A stretch of 64,000 bases of DNA from Flaccisagitta enflata (GCA_965153355.1 OZ231126.1:49166001-49230000); one strand, 5' to 3'. Counted from the first letter of the stretch, positions 29,624 to 40,835 are shown. Numbers and translations: made by a program. The notes: generated from the letters alone by a model not told the origin.

Positions 29624-29865
29624 AACAAGGCCGGATACACGGCCAATCTGTAGTCGCTGCTGGCGGGCAGGGGCAGTAATGTGAGTGGGCAGGGGCAGTA
29701 TATGAGTGGGCGGGGGCTGTATTGACGCCAGGCAGGAGCTGTGATGGTCAGAAATCCGTTTTTCAGTCGATTTCGCGTCATCAACATTTTGGCGTTCCGG
29801 ACAGACAGACCTACTGACCAAGGGACACACCCTCTTATAGAGTCGCTTAGGCAGCGACTAAAAAA
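29624..29865 (-). mobile_element. Family A element, AGTCGCT subfamily (relative at 62598-62853)
   Basis: TAGTCGCTGC/GCAGCGACTA subTIRs, GGCCGGATACACGGCC hairpin, internal 21-bp GGGCAGGGGCAGTAATGTGAGT-type repeats. Confidence 0.82.
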
Positions 29866-32045
29866 CATATACAAATTTTCAAAACAATTTTTTTTTGTAA
29901 CATTGGCTAAACTTGGTCCTCTTGCTAAATAAATGCAATTTTTTTTTTTTATAAACATCATGTCAGAGCCATCTCAATCACTTTTATTCACTTAATTTTG
30001 AATTTTCATTCATACATTTTTTCTATTTTGACCTTCTTTGAAACACAAATATTGCCCTCGTAGGGAGGCCGTCTTATGAATATGAATCATCAATACGAGG
30101 ACTAATGAGCACTAAGGATGGGGGATCAGTGATTCGCCGCCGATAAAACGGTGGAGTGATTGCCAATTTTCACTGATTCGGTGATTTGGATTTTCGGTTT
30201 TTCACCGTTTTTCCCTTCCACCCCCAAGCTGCTCTTTTCTTCGCATTTTTCTGCCGTCATTCAGAGGGAAATGCGCATATGATGGGACAATTTTTCGATT
30301 TCCACCGAAAAAAAATCCCACATAAACCCCTGATTCAGTGGTTACTATACTAACATGAGACAGCACCTCATCCCAGTTTCACTCAGCGCGTTTTTTTTTT
30401 GTTGCTTGCAAAGTGACTCTATAGGAGGGTGTGTCTCTTTGAAGGTCGGCCTGTCTGGACGGCTAGAATTTAGGTGACCCAAAATTGACCAGAAAAGCGA
30501 TTTTCAGCATTACTGCCCCTGCCATGCCACAATACAGCCCCTGTCCACTCCTGCCCACCTACATTACTGCTCCTGCCCACCAACAAACGACTACAGAAGT
30601 AACCATTTGAGAGTTGTGGAGGGACCAAATGTTTAGCACCCCCTCTCAAAGCCAACAATATTGATTCTTTTCCTCTAGTCTGGACAGCGGTTTATACCTA
30701 AATTTATAAAGTGAAAAAAATTTCTTTTATCCAGGCTTTCATTGAGACTTCAAGAATTTCCAGAATTGAACTTTTTAAACTAAAATCTAGGTTTTGTTTT
30801 AAAAGCTCTTGAAATGGAAACAAGGCCGGATACACGGCTACCCTAGTCGCTTGCGGGTGGGCAGGGGCTGTATTTGAGGTCACTAAATCATTTGGGCAGG
30901 CGCGGTGAGGCCAAAGTCCGCAAAAAACAAAAAAAAGTACAGTGTGACAGACTGACGGACGGACCGACGAACGGACCGACCGACGGACCGACAAAGCGGG
31001 TTGTAGAGTCGCGTTGCACGCAACTAAAAATTAAAGATTTGAAATAGTTTATCGTGGAATTTCAAAAATCACCCTGGTGAAAGAATTTGTACTACGTGAA
31101 TAAAAAAACAAGCCGCGCCCTTTTGTAGCTGAGTGGAAGAGACACAAAAAATTAATTTAAAGTTTTTTTGTTCAATTGATTTTGAAGATTTTTGAATTTT
31201 CTTTCATTCTAGACCAACCCCAGGTCTGTATCTCCAAATGAAAGATCTTTTGAAGATCTTCAAAATAGTCTAAGATTTTAATTATTTTGTAATTCATTAT
31301 GATAAATTGTCATTTAAAAGTGCGGCTTTTTTTTTTATTCGCGTAGTAATCATGTAAGGTGTAAACCAGTACCCAAAATAAAGAAATATAAGCAGTAGTG
31401 TGAGCTATAGGGGGGCGCTTCAATTTTGGTCCCTTCACTCCTCTTGTAATGGTTTCTTATGTACTTATAGGCCGTGTATCTGGAGTAATGCCAACACTGT
31501 TTAAAGTTTGTGATGCATGCATAATTCTTATTCATTTTTATTATTTCTATTGTTTCTATTGTCGTGCACTTCCATTCTATCAATTCTTTTATCTTCAATG
31601 GGGAAAAAAAAGAAGAAGGTAACAGATTGAAGACTGAAGATGGGAAAAAAGAAAAAGAAAAGAAAAAAGAAGGAAAAAAAGAAGAGAGGGAGAGAGAGAG
31701 GCAGACTTGAAGCATTTCAAGAGACATGCAGTGTATACAATTATGAAAAAAATTTTTCATCTTTCGACCATGGCGTCAAAGTGTGTGGGAACAGGCTAAA
31801 GGATTGTGCACAACATACACTTTGTTGATCCGTTTCAACTAGCAATTGATTGGGGATGCTGCAGTATAACAAGTGACGGGGGTCACAATATCTTTGTGGA
31901 TGGGTGGGCAGGGGCATGCAACCCCAATTCATACCCTCTCCCATCCAATGCTTACACACACTTATATTCACAACTGTATCATCATAAATGCACATTCTCA
32001 TATTTTTAACATGAGCATGACCAACGGCACCATCCATCCAAATTA

Positions 32046-32623
32046 CCGCCAGGCGGTTTTTAGTTTTACTCTGAATTTTCCGCTTGAATTTACTCAGGAT
32101 GGACTTCCTGAACTAGCATCCAGCTTCAAAGAAATCTTTCTTGTGGCGCTTTTTGAAAAAAATCCAAAATTGATAATTTTTCATTCTATATTGCACCCAG
32201 ATTCTAAAGGGTTGTTAGAAAACCTTTTTAGATAGCATATTTGAATTCCTGATGAAATTTCCTTTTGTTTGATAGGTCGCACTATATATTTTTCAAAAGA
32301 GAACAAATTTTCAATTTTTTAGCCACCGTTACTTTTTGTAACGGTGGCTTAGAAATTAAAAATTTTATTTCTTTTCAAAAACATATAGTGCGACCTATCA
32401 AATGAAAGGAAATGTTAACAGGAATTCAGATATGCTATCTAGAAAGATCTTCTAACAACCCTAAAAATTTTGTTTTCAAAATAAGAGATTAACAATCAAT
32501 TTTGGATTTTTTTCAAAAGGCGCCTCAAGAAAGATTTTTTTGAAGCTGGATTCTTGTTCAGGAGGTCCATATTGAGTGTAAACAAGCGGAAAATCCAGAG
32601 TAATACTGAAAACCACCTGGCGG
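32046..32623. mobile_element. Foldback TA-flanked MITE nested in a family A element (~31869-32695)
   Basis: TA|CCGCCAGGCGGTTTT ... AAAACCACCTGGCGG|TA; arms complementary up to a centre near 32335. Confidence 0.82.
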
Positions 32624-32826
32624 TAGTTTGAACAGATGGTGACGGACCGATGCACCAACTAAGCCTCTTATAGAAGTGCGTATCCGCAACTAGAAATCAC
32701 TGAAAAAAACGGAAAAAACGGTGGTGGAAACGAAAAAACACCAAAAATCGGTGGTGATTGAAAAGCCGAGTCACTCCCATCCTTGAGCACAGATTCAATG
32801 ACTTTGCCAGTTCATAAAGTACTCAC

Positions 32827-32945
32827 TTGGCATAGGAATCTATCGTTGAGCCAGGAAGTGACTGCGATGGCGTAGAGGCAGAGTGATTTGACAGTAAGAT
32901 GACGAACGCGCGAATTTGTAGATCGACGAACTTGAATCACCAAAA
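32827..32945 (-). CDS. ACER: Alkaline ceramidase, coding exon 5
   Basis: ttcag|(I)LVIQVRRSTNSRVRHLTVKSLCLYAIAVTSWLNDRFLCQ|GTGAGT; WxxDRxxC motif; 119 nt, phase 1/0. Confidence 0.92.
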
Positions 32946-33863
32946 CTGAATCAAAAGTCAAATTCAACAATCAACGATAATGTGTGCGAAAAAAAACTAG
33001 CAAAAGAGTGATTTGATCAGTCAGGGCAGCGCACTGTGTACCACAGAAAACTCTCTGTGCAGCGGCGTTTTAGAGCCAAAATTTTTGGTACTGCAAACCT
33101 TGATCTAAACCTATGAGTATTTTGTGTCCTAACAAAAACTAAATTTTCTTATAGTTATAACTAGCAGTGAAATATTGTTTGATAAAATGACAAAGATCAT
33201 TATTTTACAATTTCAAAGTAACTGCAACGAAAACAGTAACTGTGACAAAACTCAACAATATGGGCCAACACCAGGGAAAACAGCTGCAACCTCGTCTTAT
33301 ACACCGGTGAGTCTGGCATACACATGAGGCCTCTTCTAAGGGACCTGTCTTCCACATCCGCGCGAGGAAGGGTAAAAGAGGATGTTTCGTTATTCTGTAG
33401 AGGACAATACTGTGAAGCCATTTTATTACGAAAATCGACTTGATGGTTCTTGTCAAATATTGAGCCAATCTTAATCACAGGGCTTAACGGTTGCGCAATT
33501 TTTTCTTTGGCAAGTAAAACGGTATTGCTCTCGATTCACATCGTTATATTGAATCCTCTCTGATGAGACATTTCCCATATATACGAGACATTTCCCATAT
33601 ATACGATAAGAATTCGCTTTAGCAGAGTCTACAATATGCAAATCAAAAAGAAATTACTCGACATCCTCCGGATGTGCAGCAACACACTTCGATTACCCAT
33701 CTAAAACTTTCATTTCAATTCAAAAATAATCCATGCTTTCATTCATTCATTCATTCATTCATTCATTCATTCATTCATTCATTCATTCATTCATTCATTC
33801 ATCATTCATTCATCCATTTGAATCAGTCATCCATAAAACAGTCCAAATATCACTGCGTCTTAC

Positions 33864-34020
33864 TCATAACGATGGGAATTCCCAAGGAGAAAAGAAAGAC
33901 GCGATTTATGATTGGAAAAGTCGAGTTGAGTATCGAAGAGATGAGGGCAAACGCGTAACAAGTCATTTTGAAGAAGGATCGTCGACACGTCAACACGGGG
34001 AACACCTTGCCCAAGTGGAT
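33864..34020 (-). CDS. ACER: Alkaline ceramidase, coding exon 4
   Basis: gtcag|[59 protein letters not shown]; 157 nt, phase 0/1; hydrophobic segments. Confidence 0.88.
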
Positions 34021-34039
34021 CTGACATGAGGGAGAGAGA

Positions 34040-34139
<100 letters not shown>

Positions 34140-34256
34140 CAGCGAGGGTTTAAAACATGCGCAATACAAATCTTTCTTTCTATCACAATTTCCAATATCA
34201 GCCGGTTGTATTTTCAAATTTTGCCATTATGACGCTGTACCATGCACACAAGGTTA

Positions 34257-34311
<55 letters not shown>

Positions 34312-34512
34312 AATCAACAAAAAAGACTCAGAAGAAATCGCCGAATCTTAAAACACATATCACTTCAATCTCGCTACGTTTTATGCAAAAAGGATAACTT
34401 AACATACATTACACTACAAGTCTACGATCATATCAACACTTCATCCTATACAAAAGGATTTACAACTAGTTACACAGTTACTAAAGTTCTCAGTTCAATC
34501 TACATTGAAAAA

Positions 34513-35395
34513 ATGCCTCCACTAATTAATGCTCTCAGGAACGGCCCAGTTAACCGGCTGGACCACCTGACACACATCTGTGAAGCCCTAAGTATAGATA
34601 TCACAGAAATCACTGAAACAAAAAAGAAACTTGAAAGAAAAGATTTGCACAAAGCCATAGATGACTTCATCACAGTAAACCCAGATCGTGAATCAGAAGT
34701 CCGTGCTATGATCGAAAAAATAAATGGTGATTGGAAAAAGCAAAAGACGGATACGTCTCAAAACACAGACTCATCCACAGCAAGTTCTACACCATCTTCC
34801 TCACTTTCACCATCTGCAGCTCCATTTGAACCACCTCCACCCCCCACCCAACATCCATCACAAACACAACAAACTGAAACAGATCCAATATCACAACAAA
34901 CATGTTTTAACCAAGCTGTATTCACGTTCACTGCTCCATTTCCAAAAGACACCTCCGTCCATATGGACTGTAATGCAGATCCATTTGAGAATGACCAAAA
35001 ACGAAAATTAGCATACGATGAAATGGAAGATGAAAACGAATCTGCTGAGAAACGATCCCGTTTTGAATACTCACCCGCAGATATCAGTGACTTGATCAGA
35101 GACAACAAATTTCTTCGTAAAGCATACCTGAGTGAGAAACAAGCACGAATCAAGGCTGAAAGAGATTGTGACTCCATCCAGCTCACTTGCCAACGGGAAA
35201 TGCGAATTTTTAGTGAAACAATCAAGCGCGAATTACGTGAACAAATCCAACAAGAAATGTCACACGGAATGCAGAAATTGAGCCTCGAGATATCACAGAT
35301 TAAGGACTCCAACATCAACAACGACAACAATAACAACAACAAACAAGAACAACAACAACAAAAACAAAAACAACAAAAACAAAAACAAGAACAAG

Positions 35396-35433
<38 letters not shown>

Positions 35434-35504
35434 AAACAACAAAAACAACAACAACAAAAACCACAAACAACAACAACAATAACACAAACAAAAGCAACAA
35501 AAAC

Positions 35505-35603
<99 letters not shown>

Positions 35604-36405
35604 ACCAAAACATAGACACCCTCCACGTTCAGGTCGCGTTTTATTTATCCATGATTCAAATGGTGCCGATATTGACCCTCCACGGCTAAAACCCGGCCGT
35701 CGTGTAACACGTGCAAAACGCTCAACAATACTAAAAGCAACAGAACACATTCCAAAAATCGAAAAACCTGAACAAGTAGACGACATCATGTTCATGGTCG
35801 GATTAAATGACCTCCGTGATGGACTTTCACCAGTTGAAGTTGAAGAAAAAGCGCATGATATGCTTCTACTCTACCAGGAACAATTCCAAAATGCTCGTTT
35901 CCACCTCGTGGGTATCCCCCCAACTGACGTGGTAAAACACAAAGAGACAAATAAAGCCTTCCAAGAACTAACACAGTCTACAGGGTGCAACTTTGTTTCT
36001 ACTAAAGTTTTCTTGGACAAGACCACCAAGAAAATTAGATCAAATACCATGAGAGACCAAGTTCATTACAACGAATGGGGTGTACGCATCATTGCAAAAG
36101 GTATGAAAAAAAGCCTTTTCTCTGATGCGAACATCGGAAATAGCAAACTTGCAAACCTAAATCGCCTCAAGAAACAAGTTGGGTTGGTTGAAAAAACCCA
36201 ACCCACTGAACCACCCGTCGAACTTACAAAGGTTGAGCCCAGTGTACCATCAGCCAACCCTCATGAAGTAACAAAGACCGTTGAAATTGATCTGACGGCA
36301 GAATGTTCTGATTTAGTTGAAATGAGTAACAATGAAGTGAATCAAAATAAGGACAAGACACCTGTTGATGGCTACAATTCTGCTCTACTAGCGCAATTGT
36401 GCTAG
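34513..36405 (+). CDS. LINE ORF1: helical N-terminus, coiled coil, poly-Q/poly-N, SGNH/GDSL-like esterase domain
   Basis: 630 aa; SGNH-like blocks VLFIHDSNG, DIMFMVGLND and RDQVHYN. Esterase ORF1 domains are known from CR1/L2/RTEX-type elements. Confidence 0.88.
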
Positions 36406-36711
36406 ATCGCGGATGAAAACGCCCACAGTCTCTCAATCGACAATGACTCAAGTGGTATAAACGAAATTGATGACTTTGATGAAATTAAGGAAATAAACGA
36501 AATAGTTGAAATTGATGAAATCATTGACGAAATTGATTATATTGGTGAAATAAATGATATCAATGAAATCAATGATATAAACGATATTGATGAAATTATT
36601 GAAAATGATGGAATCAATGAAATAAATGAGATCAACCCCATTCCGAGTATCCCAAAAAACACAATTTCCCAAAACAAACAAGGAAAACGTGCACTTGGGA
36701 AATGGGATCTC

Positions 36712-39700
36712 ATGTATGCTAATGTCAGAGGTATAAAGAGCAAGATGCTAAGCCTAAAAGCACTCCTCAATGAACAAGCCCCACACGTTTTCCTTCTCAC
36801 TGAAACCCAGCTCCGCGCAGATACTGGCATAAACATACCAGACTATACCTTCTTTGGGAAAAAGAGAGAAGGAAAAAAAGTTGGTGGGGGTGTAGGCATC
36901 CTCGTTAGAAGTGATGTTCGCCATTATACATCAGTCCATTATTCAGAACGAAATCTTGAAATTATATGGATCAGTCTCAGACGAAAAGGTGCCTGTCCCT
37001 TACTAATTGGCACCTACTATGGTAAGCAGGAGAGCCTTAGTAAGCAAGAGATCGAAAAGGAGATGTCTTTACTAAGAGAAGAGATAGCTGAAAGAGAAAA
37101 AGATGGAGAGATATTACTGACCATGGATGGTAATGGAAAGATTGGTATTTTAGGGGAAGATGTCAGCCGAAACGGCGGAGAACTTTTGAAAATGATTGAA
37201 AGTTCCAGTTTACATATTCTCAATAAAAGTAGTAAATGTGAAGGGAAAATAACTCGAAAAAACACAAAAGATGAAAATGAAGTATCAGCCATAGATTTTA
37301 TACTAGCAAGTGATAATGCCGAAAAATGGGTTTCTAATGTCAAAATTGATGAAGAAGGACTCTTCAAGATCTCTGGAAAAAATGACTCCGACCATAACAC
37401 CATATCCATAACCGTACATGTACCATTGATTGAGAGGATACAGATCCCAAAATCCTCTGTATGGAACATCAGAGCCTCTAACGAGAAATGGGGCCAATTC
37501 ACTGAGAAGCTCATTCAACATACACCTAAAGCAACCGAAATTATAACAGACAGCAGCATTCCATTTGACACACGTTACAAGAACTATATAAAATTACTTG
37601 ACTCACTGCTAAGACAGACCATTGGCCGCACAACAATAAAGAACAGTAAAAAGGAAATAGTATCAGATGCAACACGTGACCTACAACAACGGAAGAAAAC
37701 CTTAAAACAGGAAATACAACAAGAAAAAAATAGAGAAAAAAGACTTGAACTCATTAGCGATTACAAAGGATTACAAGAAGAAATTATACAAAATATGAAT
37801 GAAGAAAAAGCGCAGATGATAAAAGAGAAACTCGATAGAATAATCAAAGACCGAAGTAAGAAACTTTACTGGGATGAAAAAAGAAAAATGAGCCGAAATC
37901 CTGCGCTGGAATCCTTAGTCATTAAAAATGAAAAAGGAGAAAGGCAATACAATCCCGAGGATTATAAAGAAACAAATGCAAGATACTTTGAAAGTCTTTA
38001 TAAAAGAAAAAACTACATACCTCATCCTTACCACCAAGAGGTAGAATCAAAAATTTCAAATTACACCAATGACTTGTCATTCGATGACTTAGATTACAAT
38101 CAGACACCGACGAAAAGAGAGATCAAGGAGATTATAGAGAGAAAACAGAATAACAAATCGACCCCAGACTTTCCTAATGAGATTCTCAAAAGACCAGGTG
38201 ACGCAATGGTTGACTTCTTGTACCCATTGATTAAGACTGTCTTCGATGAATTGGTCGTTGCACAGGTTTGGAACAAAGGCAGAATAACGGCACTTTTTAA
38301 GGGGAAGGGTGACAAAGAGGATCTCAACAATTACCGAGGCATCACAACTTCATCAGCCATTGGCACCATTGTTGAAACCCTTATTGATGACCGGATAGAA
38401 AAGTTGGTACCATTTAGCCAAGCCCAAGGAGGAGGCAAGAAAGGAGCCTCACCGTGTGACCATCTCTTCCTCATCCGTTCCATCATTGACATTAGTAGGG
38501 CACAAAAACGTATGACCTTCCTCACATTTTACGATGTATCAAAGGCATACGACAATGTCGATAATAATGACCTACTAGTGACCATGTGGGAAAATGGTCT
38601 AAAAGGCAAAGCCTGGAGAATTCTCCAAGAATTAAACTCCAATCTAAAAGCCGAGATCAAGACAAGGTTTGGACTGACAAGAGAAGTAGAAATGGAAATT
38701 GGAGGCAAGCAAGGGTCACGTCTTACTGGACGCATGTTTGCAAAACTAATGGATTTAATGTTAGATGAATTAACAGAAAAGGGTTTTCAAATAACAGAAG
38801 AACTTTTCATAGCTGTTTTACTATGGGTTGATGACGTAGTCTCATGCGCTGAAGGCGTAGAAGCCCAGAGAGAGATCATGGAAACAATAAATCAATTTGC
38901 AATTAAACATAAAATCAAATGGGGTCGGAAAAAATGCAAAGTCATGCGTGTTGGTAAACATACAAAAGACGAATATAAATGGACCATAGGTGATATGGAA
39001 ATAGACGAGACTGACCACTACAAATACCTGGGCGATGTAGTGAGTAGTAATGGGAGAAATAAAGAAAACATAAAATCGCGACAAGCTAAACTTCAAACCT
39101 CAATTATAAGTGTCAATACTTATGCCAGCAACGAAGTTATGACAAAAATTGAGGCAGCAGTGCTACTCGATCTCTATGAGACAATCGCAATTTCTGGTTT
39201 CATGACTAATGCAGAATCATGGTCTCTTAACAAAGGCGAAGAAAGCGAAATTGAGAAAATAGAGATTCAAGCGCTAAAAAATCTATTTGATCTTCCAATC
39301 CATACTCCTACAGCCGCCGTCATTTTCACCCTTGGCGTGCCCTTTACAAAACAACGTATTGACAAACGAATTCTCTTATTCCTTTACAAAATTTTACACA
39401 AAGACAGTGACGCTTGGATGAAAGAGTTCCTTAACACGCTCGAAGTACTTGATATTGGATGGTGCAAGAAGGTCAAAGAGATTCTCATAGAATATGATCT
39501 ACCACACGACTTTGATGAGATTAAAGACCACAGCCTCCCACAATGGACAAACAGGATCAACACAGCTTTTGAGAAGAAACACAGAGAACGACTGCTTGAA
39601 ATGTGCTACAATAATGAAAATGGAGAACGTACTATCAAAACAAAAACAATGACCATGATTGACAAACTAAACAACGAAAATTACAAAAGACAACCTAGTC

Positions 39701-40017
39701 AAGAGATAATTAAAATGACCAAGCTGGAAGCGAAGACAATTATCACGGCCAGATATGGTATGTTAGAATGCGGAAAAAACCATAAAGGCACATTAAGTCT
39801 GAAGTGTGTAACTTGCGACGTCGAAGACAACGAGGACCACAGACTCAATGATTGTCCAAGATGGCAACAGAGAAATATCAAATGCTCTTATGGACAAGAA
39901 CGAGTCAATTTCGATCAAATATATTCCAATGACATTAGCACCCTGCGAAAAATAATACCTGCCATACAAAATCTATGGAATGTTAAAAGTGCCCATGGCA
40001 CAATGTATAAAGATTAA
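36712..40017 (+). CDS. LINE ORF2: APE endonuclease + reverse transcriptase + C-terminal CCHC finger
   Basis: 1101 aa uninterrupted. APE motifs YANVRG, LTET, GGGVGILV, MDGN, SAIDFIL, SDHN. RT motifs KGKGD..NYRGIT, FYDVSKAYD, KQGS, LLWVDD, KCKVM, YKYLG. C-terminal CVTC-x7-HRLNDC. Confidence 0.97.
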   Translation: MYANVRGIKSKMLSLKALLNEQAPHVFLLTETQLRADTGINIPDYTFFGKKREGKKVGGGVGILVRSDVRHYTSVHYSERNLEIIWISLRRKGACPLLIGTYYGKQESLSKQEIEKEMSLLREEIAEREKDGEILLTMDGNGKIGILGEDVSRNGGELLKMIESSSLHILNKSSKCEGKITRKNTKDENEVSAIDFILASDNAEKWVSNVKIDEEGLFKISGKNDSDHNTISITVHVPLIERIQIPKSSVWNIRASNEKWGQFTEKLIQHTPKATEIITDSSIPFDTRYKNYIKLLDSLLRQTIGRTTIKNSKKEIVSDATRDLQQRKKTLKQEIQQEKNREKRLELISDYKGLQEEIIQNMNEEKAQMIKEKLDRIIKDRSKKLYWDEKRKMSRNPALESLVIKNEKGERQYNPEDYKETNARYFESLYKRKNYIPHPYHQEVESKISNYTNDLSFDDLDYNQTPTKREIKEIIERKQNNKSTPDFPNEILKRPGDAMVDFLYPLIKTVFDELVVAQVWNKGRITALFKGKGDKEDLNNYRGITTSSAIGTIVETLIDDRIEKLVPFSQAQGGGKKGASPCDHLFLIRSIIDISRAQKRMTFLTFYDVSKAYDNVDNNDLLVTMWENGLKGKAWRILQELNSNLKAEIKTRFGLTREVEMEIGGKQGSRLTGRMFAKLMDLMLDELTEKGFQITEELFIAVLLWVDDVVSCAEGVEAQREIMETINQFAIKHKIKWGRKKCKVMRVGKHTKDEYKWTIGDMEIDETDHYKYLGDVVSSNGRNKENIKSRQAKLQTSIISVNTYASNEVMTKIEAAVLLDLYETIAISGFMTNAESWSLNKGEESEIEKIEIQALKNLFDLPIHTPTAAVIFTLGVPFTKQRIDKRILLFLYKILHKDSDAWMKEFLNTLEVLDIGWCKKVKEILIEYDLPHDFDEIKDHSLPQWTNRINTAFEKKHRERLLEMCYNNENGERTIKTKTMTMIDKLNNENYKRQPSQEIIKMTKLEAKTIITARYGMLECGKNHKGTLSLKCVTCDVEDNEDHRLNDCPRWQQRNIKCSYGQERVNFDQIYSNDISTLRKIIPAIQNLWNVKSAHGTMYKD

Positions 40018-40064
40018 CACCCTTGATTTACTATTTTACTATGAAATAATCTGTTACATTTACC

Positions 40065-40316
40065 TTTCTTGTTAACTTGCCTATGGTAATTTTGAACTTT
40101 ATACAAGTCACATTTTGTCGTTTAAGAGAACCCTTATGTACGAATCACCTAAACAGTGATGACGACGCATAGACTTGTAAAAATATTCCTTTCTTTCTTG
40201 TTAACTTGCCTATGGTAATTATGATTGTTATACAAGTCACATTTTGTCGTTTAAGAGAACCCTTATGTACGAATCACCTAAACAGTGATGACGGCGCATG
40301 GGCTTGTAGAAATATT
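40065..40316 (+). repeat. Two-copy 129-bp tandem duplication in the LINE 3' UTR
   Basis: tttcttgttaacttgcctatggtaat...gaacccttatgtacgaatcacctaaacagtgatgacg occurs at 40065 and 40194. Confidence 0.9.
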
Positions 40317-40481
40317 TATTTTTGTGCTGAACTTATTTATTCTGTACCGTTATTTAAAATTCTTTCTTCTTGTACGCATGTACGCTCATAACAATTTTAC
40401 ATTGTTAATGTGATAAATGCACATTTGATGAGCATTACAAATCAATCAAAAAAAAAAATCTCTCTCTGTTTTCATTCTCAC

Positions 40482-40616
40482 CCATGTAGCGACGGCCATG
40501 AGGACGACCCATAAAATAGCGAGCTCGTCTAGTAATTGACCGAAAAGTGAGAGAGTGGCGTGAAAGTAGAATGACCCCGCGCCCACCACCATTAACAGCG
40601 CCCAAACCACGTTGCA
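40482..40616 (-). CDS. ACER: Alkaline ceramidase, coding exon 3
   Basis: ccag|[56 protein letters not shown] SxxxH motif (GSFYFHATL) and QLLDE; 135 nt, phase 0/0. Confidence 0.95.
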
Positions 40617-40835
40617 CTGGTTCAATCAAGGAAAATGAATACGAAAAATATGTATTAACATATCAAAAGAAATCATTGCCACGTACGATTATTTCGACGC
40701 TGAAAAATGACCACCATACGTAGAAAACCTCCAGAAAGTAGAAGGTCATATTGACCCAAATCTTATTTTTACGTATTTGATTTGAAGTCATTTTCCTGGT
40801 TAGATTTCCATTCATTCTTTCGTTCTTTTCTTTTT

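Larger units (their letters stand above)
34311..40458 (+). mobile_element. Apparently full-length non-LTR retrotransposon (APE-RT LINE, RTE/RTEX-like with esterase ORF1), antisense within ACER intron 3
   Basis: 5' UTR of ~200 nt, ORF1, ORF2, 3' UTR of ~440 nt ending ATCAATCA-poly(A). Flanked on both sides by TCTCTCTCT. Confidence 0.93.

Noticed and set aside
34758-35795. 345-aa minus-strand ORF and other antisense ORFs over the LINE
   Set aside because: Antisense shadows of ORF1/ORF2 and the (CAA)n tract.
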